Assembly (NCBI GenBank): GCA_000934665.2
Contig: JYFJ02003683.1
Coordinates: forward strand, 1 to 38,785
Length of the DNA: 38,785 nt
From: Catajapyx aquilonaris
Taxonomy: Eukaryota
Direction of reading: 5' to 3'
Of the stretch, positions 12,201 through 23,077 are shown piece by piece. How positions within the stretch are numbered: the stretch's first letter is position 1; each line of letters begins with the position of its first letter. The translations under genes were made by a program, and so were the position numbers. A model generated the notes under the pieces. That model made no database searches and was not told the origin of the DNA. It was given only the letters and a program-made list of their open reading frames with translations.

Positions 12201-14135
12201 ATGAATAATGTACGTGCCTCTAGAGTGTTTCCAAAAATGAAGCGATTTTTTTTGCACTAGTGTTAAACATTGCAATAAAATATTTTACATTTTTTGATTT
12301 TTATGGCTGAACAATAATTTTTCACGACTCAAGTGAAGTGAAGCGCAGTCACAACGACTTATTAAAACTGATCATCTAAAATGTGCTGTCCTAAAACTAT
12401 AGCACACACATTTGAAATGAGAAATCTAAACACATTTTTTTTTTCTTGCTAAACAACGTTTATAACTTTCCCCATTATTTTTACTTTAAGAAAAAAATAC
12501 CATTTTTTTTATTCACCTGTAAATCTAAACGGCTGACTAAAACACCGTGTCACAACCATAGGGAGAAAATGACCTTGCCTATTCACTAATTACAAGTTAC
12601 GCCTATTTCTTTTAAAACAGAGTTGTTTGGACCTGCCAATGAAATACAGTGTATGTAATAAAGTCTGGAAGTTAAAGGACTGCCGGCAGTCGGGTTATAA
12701 AAAGCACGGGAAATATTATTATTTATTTTTTTCTCCAACAAGAATAGATTTGGTTTGATCAGTTCGTATATAATTACTTGAAGCTGAGATTGTTTATTAG
12801 CCGTTTTACTACCGCTAATTGTGCAGATTACGTCCCGCATCGTAATGGTATTGGCATATAGTGTTACAACTGACATCTCTTCGATTATTAATTACAAATT
12901 GCAAATTGGTGTGACACTACTGCATAAAATCACATTGCATGTGTTGGTATTGTCATGACATCTAGCTTTATAGCAAAATTTGTTTAAAAAATGAAGCTCT
13001 AACAGGCACTGATTTGCAATCATCATGGACCAAAAAAAATGAGTGCCAATAACGAGCGAAAAAACATTATTTACAAATTACACTGTTGCTATTGCTATAA
13101 TTGAAAGATACTCGGTTTCTCCAACAATTTGTACAGACCTCCAGGAACTGAATGTTGCAATTACTATTGAAATGGGCGACCCAGCTTTATTTAATTAATT
13201 ATTTTTATTTATTTATTGTATTTATCTAGTCATTTATTATGTATTTATTTCATTAGTAGTGTGTGTCCAATTTATTCGATTCATTTATTTTGTTGTCCTA
13301 TTATTTCATTTAGTTATCCCATTAACTTTATTATTTAATTTAAATTTCTTTTGTTTATTTATTAGGCGTTTGGTTTTCTTATATTTTATTTGTGAATAAT
13401 AATTCTTCAAGGTTAGGCTATGACATGTTACAGTCAGCCACAATTATTATTAAACCTTCCAGTCAATTTCCATTTGACGGTCGTTCAAATACACTGGATA
13501 AACCGAGCAATTCGGAATAAAATTAATACTGTTTAAAGATATACGCGACATACGCTCAACAGTTACGTGAATTCATAGCAATGTATACTGCGACTGTATA
13601 ATATAGATTGCTTAGTTCGTGTTGTTTGGCACATGAATCGGTTCGAGGTCTATGCACTTTTAATGAGCATGAAATATTCAGCACGTTGCTTACAAAGTTC
13701 TAGGTCTTGATGTTGTATAGATCTATTTTGCGAAATGTTTTTCGCAAGAGGAAATAACAGGGCGAAAAAAAACCTCCACGAAGCAATCACGTGAAATATA
13801 ACGATTTATGGAGTTGTTTTATGACTATTTTTCCTAGTTATGTACAAGTGGGTATATATACATAAATATAACTGTTGAACGTGAGTCACAGTGCATACAA
13901 AAATGTGGATATTTTTTTTTGAAAAAATTGTGCGAAAAGGATGTTAAGCAGCGACACATTTTTGAACCGGTCCGAAACGGAACGAGCCGACATTCCTAGT
14001 AGACCAGCAAATGAATTTTGTTACGAGCTCAACCGAGTGCGCACCCGCACTCGCGCAAGTCCATTATTCCGACAATGTTGCTTCTCAGGGACTAATGAAC
14101 ACTAGAGAGCCTCGAGGGAACGAGTCGCCAATTCA

Positions 14136-14201
14136 GACGTCACGGTCGACTCCGATTGGCTGAAGCCACTACTCCAGCCAATCGGAGTCGACCGTGACGT
14201 C
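14136..14201. repeat. Perfect 27-bp inverted repeat with 12-nt loop
   Basis: GACGTCACGGTCGACTCCGATTGGCTG (14136-14162) and CAGCCAATCGGAGTCGACCGTGACGTC (14175-14201) are exact reverse complements. Confidence 0.92.
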
Positions 14202-14614
14202 GAAGCCGGCCACTATTTCCATAGCAAGATGGCAGCCTCCACAGGACACGTAAACAGTCCCGCCTAATTTACACCGGCTAAGGCTCGTTCTAGAGCATTG
14301 GCAACGTCGCAAAAGTCGGCCATATTGTTACCCCCTCAAGGGTAGTGTTGGAAAGAATTTGCGCGAACTGTGTTGCGCACTCGGTTGCGCTCATTTGCTG
14401 TGTAAATGGACCTGTGTCCAGACGGTTCCTTTGGAATAGTTTGAAGGTGAAGGTGTCTAATACACAGTCTTCTCTCACAAAGAGCATGCGCAGGTGTGCC
14501 GCCGACTGTCCGATCGTGACCGGATCGTTCCGGCACGTTCCAGTTCCCATTTTTAACAAATTAAATCCAAAACGCGACGGCAGAGTTGAGCAAGTTGGAC
14601 TGTCCATCTTCCTT

Positions 14615-17600
14615 TCACACCTTGGTGGCCCCTTGGAAGGCCGGGTTGTCCAGTCCCAGATCGGACAACTTGCTGGGGAAGACGTTTCTGAGTGGCAGAG
14701 TCTCTCTGCTGCTGGGGCTCTGCAGCTCCGACTGGTGACAGCACTGGGTCATCCTGGTGACCAATCGGTCCATCGGCTGGAGGCTGCGGAGGGGCAAGGG
14801 AAGAAAATCCCAGGTCCTGAGCTGGAGAGGCAGCAGCTCCGGATTCTTCATCTGCAGCACGTTGATGACAGCCACGGCCACGGCCACGGCCAACACAGGC
14901 GCGGAGATGCAGTAGAAGACGACCAGTCCGGCCATGGACAACGCGAAGACCAGGAAGGGCAGGACGAAGAACATCATCAAGAGGTAGACGACCGCAAACC
15001 ACCTGTACTTGGCCGTGGTGTGGCCTAGGAGCCTGGCCAGTCCGATGGGCCATCGCATGAAGGGCACCGGGTAGAAAATGAGGATGGCGGTTATGTTGAA
15101 GAAGAAGTGACACAAGGCTATCTGGATGGAGGGCTTCAACTTGTCGCCCTCTGCAGTCAGGGATGCCAGCAGAGCCGTGGTCGTTGTCCCTATGTTGGAG
15201 CCCAGGGTCAGGGGGTAGGCACGCTCCAGGGAGATGACCCCGACCCCAACCAAAGGGGTGATGGCCGAGGTGAAGACGGAGCTGGACTGGACCAGGATGG
15301 TCATCACACAGCCGACCAGGATGGCCAGGTAGCCAGTCAGGAATGGGACGTAAGGGATGTCCGCGTTTATGGTCCTCTGGATCACCCGGGCCATCTGACC
15401 TGTAAGAGGGTACTGGACCTTAGTATTCTAAAGCCATGGTGTACTGGATGGCGGCGAAAGAGCGAATCGAAATGATGAAATGAGCAACAAATCGTGGCGC
15501 CACCAGTACGACACCATGGGCTGCTTACCGCTAAGTACAGAGTGTAGTATCTTGACCATCATGACCAGACATCCTGAGAGCATCATCAGGGAGAGTAGCA
15601 AGAGGATGAGCCCGACATAAGCGTCACCTATAGAGCCCAGTCCACTAAGCAGGAAATTGCCTGTCAAATACCAATCAAAATGTCAGGTTTTTAAAAGATA
15701 AACACTGTACATAAAGTACAATAAGTAGTATGCACTTACAGTCTTCTTTTTGAGCCATTACTGGAAGATCCGTTTCGTTCGATACGACAAGCCCGTCTAT
15801 TTCGGTCGATCCGTTGTTGAAACTTTGATCCACCAATAGGAACCGTTTGGCCTTGCCACACTGCTTGATCAGTGTCGCGTTTTCGTATCTGGTGTCGTTC
15901 AGCGACCAACCTTCAATTACTTTTTTGTCGATCTGAAACAAGAACATCATCGTCACCAATATTATAATCAAAAAGTACCTGAACAGCTTGGAAAATGGCG
16001 GCCATGACACTTTAGGGAAAAATAGTGCTTGGTTTGAAATAACGGCTATTTTTCATAAAAAGCTATTTTACCCTAAAGTGTCATGGCTGCCTCTCTCTTG
16101 AACCATGTCGGACTTTATTGGGGGATTTGACATTTTTATATTGGAAACTATAGGAACAATCTGGATGAGATTGAGCACAGTTTGTTTACACGATAGGGTT
16201 CGGAGAAAGCCGATAGTTATCATGAGCGTGCAACATGCTGCGTAACTTTGGAAAAAAGAAATATTTCTGCGCGATTGTTACGAGATGTTGGGAAAGTAGC
16301 GAAAGTGAACGGACCTGTTTGGATTTTTGTAGTACAACACGCGAAAAAAAAAAAAGTGTGGAAGTTCCGGTCATTAGATTTCCGGAAAAGTCAAAAAAAT
16401 ATGTAACATGATGATTGTCCAAACCGGTTTGTTTTTGAACGACATATAGTTGCTGCCATGATTACTTGAGAAGTTGTCATGGAACAGGGCCTTCAACTAT
16501 AGCTCACCTGAATAATGCAGTCTGTGAATGGTTTGGTGATTGTCTTGAGAAGCTCTATGGATTGTCCCTTACTGGTCTCTAACTTCATGCTATTCACAAG
16601 CAGACCTGTCACGTGCTCCAGATAACCTGCAAATAAGAGCGTTTGGTTCATTGGGACCATTCATACGAGACCGGAAAAGTGGACCCGTTCTAGACTAGGT
16701 CCACTTTTTACCAAAATTGACCAGGTTGTGTTCCAAAAGTGTTGTCTTCAATAAGCTGTGGACCGGAAGAATGTGTTTTACTGTAACTGTGGGGACTACT
16801 GTCCCCACAATTTCTCTTGTGGGGACATTTTGGGTCTCCACATCTTCACACGCCAGAACGTTACTGTTATAGTGGGGACATGTCCCCACAATTTCGATTT
16901 GCAGGGTTTCACAAAAGTCCATTTCTCTCAGCCTAGGTTAGTTAGGTTAGGTTAGGTTACGTTACGTTACCCTAGCTTCGAAAAGTTGAGTTTTCAACGT
17001 CCCCATAGCTTATTGAGCCAAGTCTGAGTGAATCTGTACTAGGCCAGGTTTTGTTTCAAAAGTGGACCCGGTCAAGACTAGGTTCACTTTTAAGTAGACC
17101 GGGTCCTGTTTCAAAAGTGGACCCGGTCAAGACTAGGTTCACTTTTAAGTAGACCGGGTCCTGTTTCAAAAGTGGACCCGGTCAAGACTAGGTTCACTTT
17201 TAAGTAGACCGGGTCCTGTTTCAAAAGTGCACCCGGTCAAGACTAGGTTCACTTCTAAGTAGACAGGGTCCTGTTTCAAAAGTGGACCCGGTCAAGACTA
17301 GGTTCACTTTTAAGTTGGCCGGGTCCTGTTTCAAAAGTGGACCCTGTCAAGACTAGGTTCACTTTTAAGTTGACCGGGTCCTAGTTTCAAAAGTGGACCC
17401 GGTCAAGACTAGGTTCACTTTTAAGTTGACCGGGTCCTGTTTCAAAAGTGGACCCGGTCAAGACTAGGTTCACTTTTAAGTTGACCGGGTCCTGTTTCAA
17501 AAGCGGACCCGGTCAAGACTAGGTTCACTTTTAAGTTGACCGGGTCCTGTTTCAAAAGTGGACTCGGTCAAGACTAGGTTCACTTTTAAGTTGGCCGGGT

Positions 17601-20600
17601 CCTGTTTCAAAAGTGGACCCGGTCAAGACTAGGCTCACTTTTAAGTTGGCCGGGTCCTGTTTCAAAAGTGGACCCGGTCAAGACTAGGTTCACTTTTAAG
17701 TTGGCCGGGTCCTGTTTCAAAAGTGGACCCGGTCAAGACTAGGTTCACTTATAAGTTGGCCGGGTCCTGTTTCAAAAGTGGACCCGGTCAAGACTAGGTT
17801 CACTTTTAAGTTGACCTGGTCCTGTTTCAAAAGTGGACCCGGTCAAGACTAGGTTCACTTTTAAGTTGACCTGGTCCTGTTTCAAAAGTGGACCCGGTCA
17901 AGACTAGGTTCACTTTTAAGTTGACCGGGTCCTGTTTCAAAAGTGGACCCGGTCAAGACTTTTCCGCAAGTGGACCGGGTCCTGTTCCAAAAGCATAGAC
18001 CAAGTCTATATCAGGTCCAGTTCCCAGCAACAAGGTTGCCACAGGCTTCCCATTTTTAATTTCCCTGACTTTTCCCTGACTCTTCCCTGACCTTTTATCA
18101 AAATTCCCTGACCTTTCGACATACCCATAGCAAACTCAAAAAACCCATTCCAAAAAAGAACACAGCAAGGGGTGTAAATCAGACGCATTTTTGGCTTTTT
18201 TTTTGTTTAATGAAACGCATGCCGGCCCGCAATGATAATCACATGTACAAACTGAGACGGTCCTATCCGCGACCGACGTTAGGTCAGCGATTTTAAACAC
18301 ATTTTCCCTGACCCATTTTCAAATTCCCTGACTTTTCACTGATTTCCCTGACCATTTTTTTATTCCCTGACTTTTCAAGGATTTCAAGGATTTCAAGGTC
18401 TGTGGCAACCCTGAGCAAGTTGACGGGTTCTGTTCCAAAAGTGGATCGGGTTCTGTTCCAAAAGTGGGCCTGGTCTAGAACAAGTCCACTTTCCGAAGGT
18501 AGACTGGGTTATGTTGGAGAAGTGGGGCCCGTTCTAGACTAGATCCTCTTTTCCTTAGGTGGATCAGTTCTGTTCCGAATGTGGACCGGGTCCACTTTAA
18601 TGTGCCCGTGTGAATGGATGCGCATACCTGTAGAGACTTCGATGAGGAGCATGGATATCACAGCCAGCCAGTTGAACATGTCGTGGACCGTGGCTCCGGC
18701 GAAGGCCCGCTCGAAGTCGTCCCTGTCTGCGACCTGGGTCAAGGACACGATGGTGTTGGTCACAGACGTGCCGATGTTTGAACCCATGATAATCGGTATG
18801 GCTTGGCCCACTTGCAGGGCTGGAATTACAGAAGCGCGTGGTATTAGGAAACGATCGATTGATTTAAAAGAAAAATACATTTAAAAGCGAGAGGTTGACC
18901 TACAGCCTGCGGCCACCATGCTGACCACCACGGATGTTGCGGTGGAGGAACTTTGTACCAGAACAGTGGCCAGGACGCCGATCATCACTCCCACGATAGG
19001 GTTCTGAAGCAGCTCATTTTGGAAGATTTCGCCTAGGAGAAAATGAAGAGTAATTAGCGTTATGATTAATTAGAGCCAGGAAAAGTTGATACAAAATAGC
19101 CCACACTTGTATGATTCCAGAAATCACAGTTTTGCTGTTATTTCCAACCGTTTGTGTTATTTCCAACCCCTGCTTCTATTTCCAACCCTTGAGACACATT
19201 CAGGGTTGGAAATAACACGTATGCAACCTGCTAGAGCAAGGTGAAATAAATTGTAGCGCTGACAGTTTGCGTCATGTTTGTCCGAAACTTTTTAGACACA
19301 CAGCATGTCACGTTGACTAAGTCTAAAAACTTCTTTTAGCAGCACTTTGCATCAAGGTTAACAGGTTAGATAACCAAAGTTCTTTTTCGGCTGTAAATCG
19401 AGTTTGTGCTAATTTTCTTGCAAGGACTGGTTTCTTTTTGGCATGGTTTCAGGCCATAGAATAAGGGTGAAATAGGGTCTTCATGAATATTCAACGTGGA
19501 TTTAATGACACAGAGGCGGTCTTAAGGATTTAAGAAGCTTCTTATTGGGATGATTTCATCGATTTTGCTGAAATTGGAGGAGCCGAGGCAACTAACGCCA
19601 CGACGCACCAGGGGTTGGAAATACGTATTAACAGGAATTTGAGCAGGTTGGCACTACAATAAATTCCCAGCAGGAAGTGTGTACAGACCTGCTGCTTTTC
19701 CGGCCAGAAGCCGGAAGGCCGTGGACAGAAAGTCCAAGGAGCAGATGAAGAAGTACAGTAAGGCAAGGAGTGTCAAGGCCTTGAGCACGCCAACGGCCAG
19801 TCTCTTGGCGCGGCTGGCCGGGTCCAGTTCTGCAATAATAATAATAAAAAAGTCATACACACATGATTGTAGGTCAATGAATCCCATCCACTTGTTAAGC
19901 ATGCACGCGAAACACCTATACAATCAACTTTCGCAAGTCAAGGTGACACTTCATCTCCGGCTGAGTAAGGAGTTACCTAACCTATCCCAACCTAACCTTG
20001 TCCAGTCACACCCTTGTTGTGTTTCACCGTTTGACCCAACAACTGATGGTCATTTTTGCTGGAATTTTCATATTTTCGATTTCGATATTTCGATATATTA
20101 CTTTTTGATATTATTTTCGATATTAAATAGTTTGCTCTTTCGATATCGATATTCTTTTATAATCGATATTTCAATATTCGTTTTGTTATTCGATATCTAG
20201 ATATCCTTTATATCTGATATTTTTGATATAACTTTTCGTTATTCTTTTCGATATTAGATACTTTTGTTATTTTAAGATATCGATATTCTGACCTATAATC
20301 GATATTTCGATGCGATTTATCTTAATATACTCTTAATCGATATTTCGTTAACTTAAATATTCTTTTCTATATTTTGTCATTTTTATATCGATATTTTTCT
20401 GTAATCGATATTTCGTTAACTTAAATATTCTTTTCTATATTTTGTCATTTTTATATCGATATTTGTCTGTAATCGATATTTCTATAATTTTTATTATTTT
20501 TGATATTCTTTTCGATATTCAATATTTTGCTATTTTCGATATCGACATTCTTTTCTATAATCGATATTTCGATATTCTTGTTGCTATTCGATATTTAGAT

Positions 20601-23077
20601 ATCCTTTACATTCGATGTGCAATTTTTCCGTTCATTTATATATAATATCCTATTTGATGTTTCGATATTATTTTCGATGTCAATATTTGATACGAAATTT
20701 TATGTATCGAACTGTGGTTTCTCTTTCGACTGGTTGCTGTCGAGTAAACAATCAGCAACATTGTCCTATGCGCTTATGACCATATAGTGACTGACGAAAC
20801 CACAGGGTCAGCGTACTCGGCCAGGTTAATTACAAGCCCTCAAACTCTAATAATGGTCCATCTTCCCCCACCTAGACTTTGATTACTCCTTGGGATAAGT
20901 CGTGATTGGAAACTTACAGAGGTCGTTGGGGGGTTGGTGTTGACCGAACCTTCAAGAGTCAACTAGGGAGCAACTCCCATTATAAGGGCTTCTTCGTAAA
21001 GGTGGTGTCGAACGTCATTGTTTGTCGGTCAATAGCCTAGAGTCACTTACGGCCTTTTACGTCATTAGCCAAGATGGGGGCTTCTTGCGTCAAGTGGCAT
21101 TGATCCCACATGATTGATCAAGTTGTGTAGGCGAAAAGTTACGCTTGAGGAATTTCTCCGTGTTGAAATCAAGGAAATGTTCATGGTGCTCATATGTTAA
21201 TCTTCGTTTAAATTTCTGTTTAAAAAAAAACAACCGAGCTATACAGCTGCATATTTTATCGACCAGGAAAGAGCAATAATTGCTTTGAACTTGACACAAT
21301 CACATTGAATTTCTTCCCAAGTATAGATCTTAATCAGCGGTTACAAACGGCGCGGCTACTAAATAATCTGTGTCTTGTGCCCAGCCTGTGTGATCTGATT
21401 AACTAGATCAGTGTTTATATTTAACCTCCGTCCGAAACCAGGTCGAAAAGATTACCTGACGAAGTCAATAACCAGTGTGTGCGCACGCATAAATCGCTCA
21501 CGCAAATGTTTACTCTCGCTTTTTATAACATATTCATACTCACAACGCATATTGACCTACAACAATTCAATGACCCAGTAAGGTACGAAAATGGTGATTA
21601 TTATACATAATAAATGATTATGAATCAAAATTTAAATCAATCAGAAAAGTAAGGAAAAATCTCTGAAGGTTAAACAGGTTGGTGCAACGTATTATGACTG
21701 TAATTTTTGAATATTTTCTTCCAATTTCGGCCTGTATTGGAGTCCATCTTACCTGCCCATTGCCTCTCACCAATTCCCTGGACCGAACTGTGTATCGATG
21801 ACCCATTGGCTGTCGGTATGGGAAGTTTGACATCAGGAGAAGTAACTGGTCCAGTCCCATTGAATCCGGAATAATCGTGGTTATCTCCGACCTTGCCATT
21901 CCTTTCCACTGACTGAAAATCATGTATAAAAAATTGAGGGTAAATATATATAATTGGTTGAGTATTTACGTCCACGCTTGTTTGAACCAGGAAATTGTGT
22001 ACAGTACAGATATTGTGCTGAAGGGTGAAAAAAAAATTGGTAAAGAAAATTCGTGTTGACAACGCCCCAGTTTCGATCTGAGGTGAAAGGAAATGAAGTC
22101 TTGTAAATCGCTAAATCGAATTTGCTTATGCTTTCACCTAAATTGCGAAGAAAGGAAAATATTTTCACAATTTTTTGATGAGGTTATGCAATCGTGACAA
22201 GTTTACCCAATATATGCATCGTTGCAGTTTTGTCAAGGTTAGTATGCTACAAAAAATATATATATCCAGGCAAAGTACTGGATGACCTTATGCAACTTTG
22301 AGAGTGGTCGCATTAAAGGAGAAATTTTTGAGAGGAAGTGTGCACCCCTTTTACTTGGGTATAATCCTTGTCGATTTCACTTTTTATTGGCTTCGACAGC
22401 ATTCAATGCAAATGACCTCAGTGCGTCATAATGTTAAGCAGAAAAATCATACAGGAAAAACCTTCTCCGCATGAATTTTAATTAGGCCTTGTAATATTTC
22501 AAGTTCAAGCCATTTCCGATTATTGCCTTTTGTTTCCTCCTTGGAATGGGGGCCTATATAATTCTGTGGCTTTTATAGCTTTTGGTTTAGATCAAGAAAG
22601 TGGCCTTGGTTTTGTGGCCTTTTTTTTTTTTTAAAGAACCGAAAGAAAAATTTTCACCACCAGCAATAGACTAGAAAAAAAAGAAGAGAAAAGCAGGTTA
22701 GAATTTCAAATGGCTTGTGGGCATACTGGGAATCCCGAGCGTTACACATTCCTCTTACTTACTGTTGCATACCTCAGGCTGTTTGCAATCAGCGGTTATA
22801 TTACATCTATGGCTTTGTATATGACATTTCCTCTGAAAATATGGAACTGTAGTACTCTATCAATATTCACATATTTACTTATTTACAGACCCTATATGCA
22901 CTCTGAAGGCCAATTTCGTGCATAACTGACTCATTATCGCCATGGCTTAATGGCCATAAGTTGCTCCTGAGAGATACACTGCTTTAAATAAGCCAAGTTC
23001 CTTGCATACTTAACTAAGCAAGCAGAGAGACCCAAAGTAGAAGATCGATTCTAATTTACCGTCTGCTGGGCGTCCAT
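14615..23077 (-). CDS. SLC34A: Sodium-dependent phosphate cotransporter, SLC34/NaPi-II family, long-intron paralogue (copy 2), ~622 aa
   Basis: Exons 23077-23060 (MDAQQT, least certain), 21912-21753, 19829-19689, 19032-18904, 18819-18628, 16626-16508, 15932-15740, 15660-15529 and 15399-14615 join in frame (1869 nt), all GT-AG. Motifs: [88 protein letters not shown]. It ends [11 protein letters not shown]. The two 5'-most exons rest on splice signals and phase only. Confidence 0.92.
15997..16091. mobile_element. 95-nt mini inverted-repeat element (intronic)
   Basis: GGCGGCCATGACACTTTAGGGAAAAATAG pairs with CTATTTTACCCTAAAGTGTCATGGCTGCC: 29-bp arms, 2 mismatches. Confidence 0.7.
16780..17010. 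repeat. Nested insert with GTGGGGAC/GTCCCCAC palindromic units and a short (TTAGG)n tract
   Basis: Three units: TGTGGGGACTACTGTCCCCACA, TGTGGGGACATTTTGGGTCTCCACA and GTGGGGACATGTCCCCACA. They are followed by AGGTTAGTTAGGTTAGGTTAGGTTACGTTACG (~16935-16970). The block interrupts the surrounding satellite-like sequence. Confidence 0.6.
17052..17990. repeat. Highly homogeneous 55-nt satellite, ~17 copies
   Basis: The unit AAAAGTGGACCCGGTCAAGACTAGGTTCACTTTTAAGTTGACCGGGTCCTGTTTC repeats with period 55 (17062, 17117, 17172 and onward). Confidence 0.97.
18031..18413. mobile_element. MITE with 14-bp TIRs and 5-bp target-site duplication
   Basis: TIRs CAAGGTTGCCACAG (18031-18044) and CTGTGGCAACCCTG (18400-18413). 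AGCAA directly flanks both ends. TTCCCTGAC subterminal repeats occur at both ends. Removing it restores a degenerate satellite unit. Confidence 0.88.
19134..19218. repeat. Short cluster of TATTTCCAACC repeats with an inverted copy
   Basis: Three direct TATTTCCAACC copies are followed by GGGTTGGAAATAACAC. Another GGGGTTGGAAATA lies at ~19611. Probably a decayed transposon end. Confidence 0.55.
20070..20710. repeat. AT-rich degenerate TCGATAT(T) repeat array (intronic)
   Basis: Dozens of TCGATAT/ATCGAT motifs in T-rich spacers, with a near-exact internal tandem duplication around 20335-20470. Confidence 0.85.

Larger units (their letters stand above)
16657..18617. mobile_element. Putative non-autonomous TIR element filling the 2001-nt intron, with an internal satellite and nested inserts
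   Basis: The left end CCATTCATACGAGACCGGAAAAGTGGACCCG resembles the reverse complement of the right end, CCATTCACACGGGCACATTAAAGTGGACCCG. The interior is built from AAAAGTGGACCCGG-type repeats. No clear TSD. Confidence 0.6.

Noticed and set aside
14290..15475. Long ORFs 14345-15028 (+), 14553-15113 (-) and 15107-15475 (+)
   Set aside because: They are antisense or alternative-frame shadows of the GC-rich last exon of SLC34 copy 2. The same applies to ORFs overlapping POLR3D and copy 1.
17052..17990. CRISPR-like regular palindromic repeat
   Set aside because: The units are contiguous and near-identical with no variable spacers.
21431..21470. Hammerhead-like motifs GAAACCAGGTC and CTGACGA (also CTGANGA at ~20791, ~29876 on - and ~30694)
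   Set aside because: Stems I and II cannot form or the GAAA element is missing, so there is no complete ribozyme core.
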